Source: Mytilus trossulus (Eukaryota). Taken from it: a stretch of DNA of 64,000 nucleotides. This document shows positions 58,955 through 64,000 of this stretch, one piece after another (within the stretch, counting starts at the first letter, position 1; every line of letters begins with the position of its first letter). The stretch lies in NCBI RefSeq assembly GCF_036588685.1, contig NC_086386.1, positions 35,588,001 through 35,652,000 on the forward strand. Direction: 5' to 3'. The notes beneath the pieces are model-generated. The model did not search any database. It worked only from the letters and a program-made list of their open reading frames with translations, and was not told the origin of the DNA. Both the position numbers and the translations under genes were made by a program.

Positions 58955-61842
58955 ATAGGTCCCACCCACCTCCCCTTCATCCCCTTTCCTTATGTTTCTG
59001 TCTTGAGGAAATTGAATGGAAGAATATGGGCAAACAGGGGTATATGTCCGGACCAGTGAGAGTATGTTTATTTTTAGTTGGGATTTTCCATCTGACCTAT
59101 GACGCAATTGGGGTTACACTCAGAATTTATGATGGTAAGTATTTATCTAATAAAATCCAAATTTACTTTAAAATTTGAATATTTACTACACAACTGGTCT
59201 AAATAATGGCATCTAAACACTGAACCAGAACAATAAGTCTAAATATTATTACAATATTTAGATCTATCTAGTAGTAATTAGAAATCACATATTCAAGAAA
59301 GCATCACAAATTCTTTGATCTACCTTCTGTCCCTTAACCACCCATAGCCAAAGTCACCTCAAATACTAGGGTTGAGCTACTGTGTCTGAATAACATTGAG
59401 TGTTTGCAAATACTTTAATGGGTTGATTGGGCCAACTTCCCTTAAATATCTTTAATATTGATATAAATTAATTTTTGATGTAACAGGTCTTCTGATGTCG
59501 TTTTGTTTATCAGCCCATAGACATAATGTTGTCATGTGGCCATGATGTCATGAACATTCAGTGTGCACCACATTTTTTATGTTATTTCTTCAAAGATAGA
59601 AAAAATATTACAGTCATTCTTTAAATAATCAACTTCCTTGATTCCACCTAAAATGCATACAATTAAAGAAAACATCTAAACAAATATTTTATCTGTTTTA
59701 TTGTTTACAAATTTCAGATACACATTTTTGTGTATGTATATTTTAAATAAATTGCTAAAAAATAATTCATCAAGACCAACATGAGTTATAAACTACAACA
59801 TAATGAGTCAAATGTATTTGATAACACACTTCTTAAATATAACAATATATAAAGCATAAACTGTTGACAATTGTTGTTTTATCCTTCAGATGGGAGGTCA
59901 TAAACATGCAAATCTGACCTTGAATTTCACAACTTACATTTTGTTCAAGATAATTTTTTAAGAGACAATGGGAACAACCTCTGTACAGAGTTCATGCTTA
60001 AGATACACATATATTGAATATTTCTAAAATATACATTGAACCTATGGGTCATGTCTATGATCATGTGTGAATTCAGGAAATCACTAGATAGGAAATTCTA
60101 AACATGAGCTGAAAATTAAAATTTTATGGATATTACTATCTCTCTAAATATGAAACTATCGGTGATGTAATCTTACTTTGTGTAGATTGCCTTTGTACTG
60201 GGTTGGTCCATGAATGGGTTTAATACCTTTTAAAAATATCTAACATCAAATGATTTTCTACAATTTTTTGAACACTGTACATTAATATAGGATTATATTA
60301 AGCTAAATGTGTATATATCTTTAACAGAAATTTTATAAAAATTTTCATTTTCAAAATTTAAGAATGACCTGTGTTTAGGACATTTAAAGATGACTTCTTT
60401 ACCAATCTTTGACTACTTGCCTTTCTAAAATGGAATACTTTAAAAAGTAAGTCCAATTTCAAACTGGATTTAACATGTAAGAGGGATAGATAGATACAGA
60501 TAGAATAAAGGGCAAAAATAAAGAAGAGAAAAATGGAGAAAAAAAAGAATAATGAGTGATTGAATATGAAGAAAATAGAATAAGTGAGCAAAAGAATATA
60601 AAGAATAAAGAGTGATAGACAAAAAAACAATATAGAATAATGTGTCAAACAAAAATGAAGACCCAAACTCCAATCCCTACCCTCTTTTAAGTGATTTGTA
60701 AGATACACACAGTATGTCACTTAAAAAGACAGGAAAGGTAATAAGGAAGTCATTAAAGATACAGATGTATTTAGGAAACTTATTGTTTAATTGAGGTCTA
60801 CTCATAATTGTATAGAGTCTGAAAGTTTATAATGGTACATTTTATATCTAGGAACCTACAATGGCAAACAACATCCCTCTATTGTTTAGAAGAACATATT
60901 GTCTATTTGAATGAAATGAGAAGCCAGTATAATACTTCATAGAACAAAATAAATTAAGCTGGATCTCTAACAAAGGTTAATTTAAAAAAAACTGTCTCTT
61001 CGTATAAAATACCCTTATTAATACAATATATAGCCAAAAACATCAAGTTTATTTGGCAATGGGTGAGACAATTTACATATACTCAAAAATTCTTGTGTGT
61101 CTCAATTCGAACTAAAATGAAATTATGGACTTCAGTTTTCTTGAATGCATGTATTCAAGTTAACAAATATGTAGTTGTTTCATGTTTGCCAAGTATTATT
61201 GTCAAGTTAAAAGCAAGTGTTATCTACATAATGAAATAAAAATCTAATTATGACAATGTGTACATTATGCATTTTCTATAAATGAGGTAAAAAAAGAGCA
61301 TGCATACAGTTATTCAGTACATTTTTTACACATTTTTCTTTATAAACTTTCTGTGGCAGTGTTAGGATGTCCTATATTAAAATATCAATGTTTCAAAAAA
61401 TGTGTCATACAATGTAAGGTTAGAATGTAGGTCATTATCAATGAAATAATGAGTCAAATTCAAGTATGTCTCAACCTGAAATTTTTGTCTCTGATAAAGT
61501 AAACATCATATGATTTTGATTATTCCATACTAAAATTTAACCTTGAATGTTCTTTAATTGTTCTGTAAGAAACATATCGAAATATTTGATTACTTCAAGA
61601 AAATTTATTTCTATAGTTCACAAAATATTATTTATGTATAGTAGATTTTAAAAATTTAACTTCTATACATACTTTTATTACATGTATCCCTCAGCATATA
61701 AAATATCAATCTTTACGTCACCAAATATTTTTGTTTTAAATATTGCGGTCTAACATAAAATGTTGTGGTCATTAAAATTTTCAATGCCGTCTCTTAGATG
61801 AAAATATACTTTCACAAAATAAAACTTATGACAACCTATAAT

Positions 61843-61990
61843 ACAACATGGATGATTTGCAATGAAAGTCACATGACTACAACATGGATGAATTGCAATG
61901 AAGGTCACATGACTACAGAATGGATGAATTGCAATGAAGGTCACATGACTACAGAATGGATGAATTGCAATGAAGGTCACATGACTACAA
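61843..61990. repeat. 36-bp minisatellite, about 4 copies
   Basis: ATGGATGAATTGCAATGAAGGTCACATGACTACAGA repeated. Confidence 0.85.
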
Positions 61991-64000
61991 CAGGTGGCAT
62001 ACTTAGATCACATGATATATCACAGAACAATACTGACTGATGTATTTTCGCCTATAATTGTCAGATGGAAGCACATATTATCACCATTCAAGCTGTTTCT
62101 ACACAAACTTTAACTGTACAAAAATTGCTGTTTTCATTACTCATTACACAGATAGTAAGTTAATATATTTGTTCAAACTTTTACATCTATACATTTGTAA
62201 TTTTATTTTGAAGTTTTTTAAAAATAAAATTCCTGAAAACAAAATAACTGGAGCACACGTCTTACTTTATTAAACAAGTGAAAACCATTAATAAATGTAT
62301 CGCTGTCAAAAACATGAACAAAAGACATTTGCCGCTACCATACAATGCCACTACCATACAACATCATATTTTTCTTAACCTAAAATCACACATAGAAATA
62401 TCATACAGAGAGGTTAATAAACTACACTATAAAGTTTTGTTTGTTATTCTTATTTCTTATTTAAGGTAAAGTTTTACATATATTTTTGTTAGTTTATTGG
62501 CAATTATTTCTATGTGCTCCAATTTATAATCTTGCACTACAGATAAAATAAAATAAATGGATCTGAATAGCAATAATAAAAAGGTCTTCAATGTGAAGTT
62601 ATTTCTTAAATATGTAACCATCATTTTACTATTAGCAAAATATAGCCTAAAAGTATTTGTTAAAATGATTTGGAGACTTTTTTATAAATGAAATAACATT
62701 GATACATATATACATGTATACAGCATACATTTTTTAGAATATTTTTAATAGAAATGAAAAGAAATAGTTTTCCATAACAACCTATTTTCCTTTCTCCAAA
62801 TTTTCAAATGCATCAAGAACATTGCATGTGAACTCAAATAAAGTAAGAGGTCAAAGCCCAATAATAATATTGACAATCTCATCTTGAAAAATGTACTATA
62901 GAGGGCATTACAGAATATAATATACAATTTAATATCAAGTAAATACAAAAGCCTGCATGTATACATAAACAAATTATTATACCGAAACAGGCATTTGTCG
63001 TTGAAGATGATTTACATTGTGTTTGAAATCTTATTCTTCTGAAAAAATCTTAAATTTTATTTCAAACATTACCAAATATAACGTACTTTCCAAAATATTT
63101 ATGTAAACACAAAAGTTCTGGAACTGTCAAGTCAAAGTATCATGAAGATGCTGTTTTATTAACAATCATAAAGTTTTCAGTATGAAACTATTAAAATTTT
63201 TAAGTGTACTAAATTGTGTAATTCTTATACAACTTTTTTTATAAACATTCCCAAAATTTTAAATTCTGACAGATATTCTATTTTCTCCATTCCTAGATCT
63301 TTCTGGCCAAAGTGGTACCCATCTTGAGATAATATTAATGTTATTGAATGTAATCAAATGACACTCAAATAGATGACACATGGCGAGGTAACAGCACTAA
63401 GTTTAAATATACACTGTATGCTAATACAGCACTATAATAATTGTGGCACTAAACATGTACTATTTACAAAATTGACTGACACAATGAAATATATGAACAT
63501 TGCTATATATATCCTTCTTTTACTTGTTTTGAAACAATTGAAACATTTATTTATCAGGGGTTAGTTGTATCCTCCAATTGTAGTTTAGCTAAGTGTTCTT
63601 TAATTTGTATCTTTTTTATTTTAGATTTTCCGTACACCTGAAAATGAGATGATGTGGTATGATTGCCAATGACACAACTCTCCATCAGAGACCAAATGGC
63701 AAAGAAGTAAACATGTTCTATAAGAAGAAACTGGCTTACCTACCCATTCTTAAACATTCAAAACTTAAACAAATCTATTTGTTCTGTAATCTCTTATTAG
63801 ATGGGTAAAAATTTCATTGGTTACCTTTTTTTATTATCCGAATCATTAATAAAATATTTGTCCTGCGAAAAATATGAAACCATAAAATCAATAACTATTT
63901 TACTATCAAATTTCAAACATCACAAAAACTAGTCACACATTATAAAGCAATTTCACATACATGGACATTACTGTAAACATGAATCAACACTTGCATTCAT

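Larger units (their letters stand above)
53602..59184 (+). mobile_element. DIRS1-type tyrosine-recombinase retrotransposon, full length, mutated
   Basis: Left ITR 53602-53750; right ITR plus extension 59007-59184; ICR 58857-58954 complementary to both outer ends; (A)TTT at both termini; gag-like, RT-RH-MT and YR ORFs. Confidence 0.95.

Noticed and set aside
61750-62040. Repetitive ORFs (WMNCNEGHMTTE)n and the antisense equivalent as metal-binding peptides, or as a CRISPR array
   Set aside because: A 36-bp minisatellite is easily open by chance; there are no spacers and no splice or domain support.

Overview
AT-rich animal genomic DNA. The repeat landscape and gene families point to a bivalve, most likely Mytilus (inference). 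From left to right: (1) the first 15 coding exons of BLTP1/KIAA1109 on the minus strand (623-18177; they splice in frame to 805 codons and the gene continues off the left edge), with introns full of MITEs, Helentron-type elements and palindromes; (2) an ~8.85-kb Mutator-like (MULE) DNA transposon (20420-29266) with heptamer-repeat termini and a spliced, frameshifted transposase; (3) a five-exon gene for a secreted PAN/Apple + fibrinogen-domain protein (33066-38409); (4) two tandem cGAS-like receptor (cGLR/Mab-21) genes with TPR-like tails, the first broken by two in-frame TAA codons and the second intact (750 aa), sharing a duplicated promoter and 5' exon; (5) a structurally complete but mutated DIRS1-type tyrosine-recombinase retrotransposon (53602-59184) with ITRs, ICR and an adenine-methyltransferase domain; (6) an AT-rich tail with no supported CDS. 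Four minimal hammerhead-ribozyme (retrozyme-type) repeat copies are scattered through the window. There is one 260-N assembly gap. All calls were made by eye; no searches were run.
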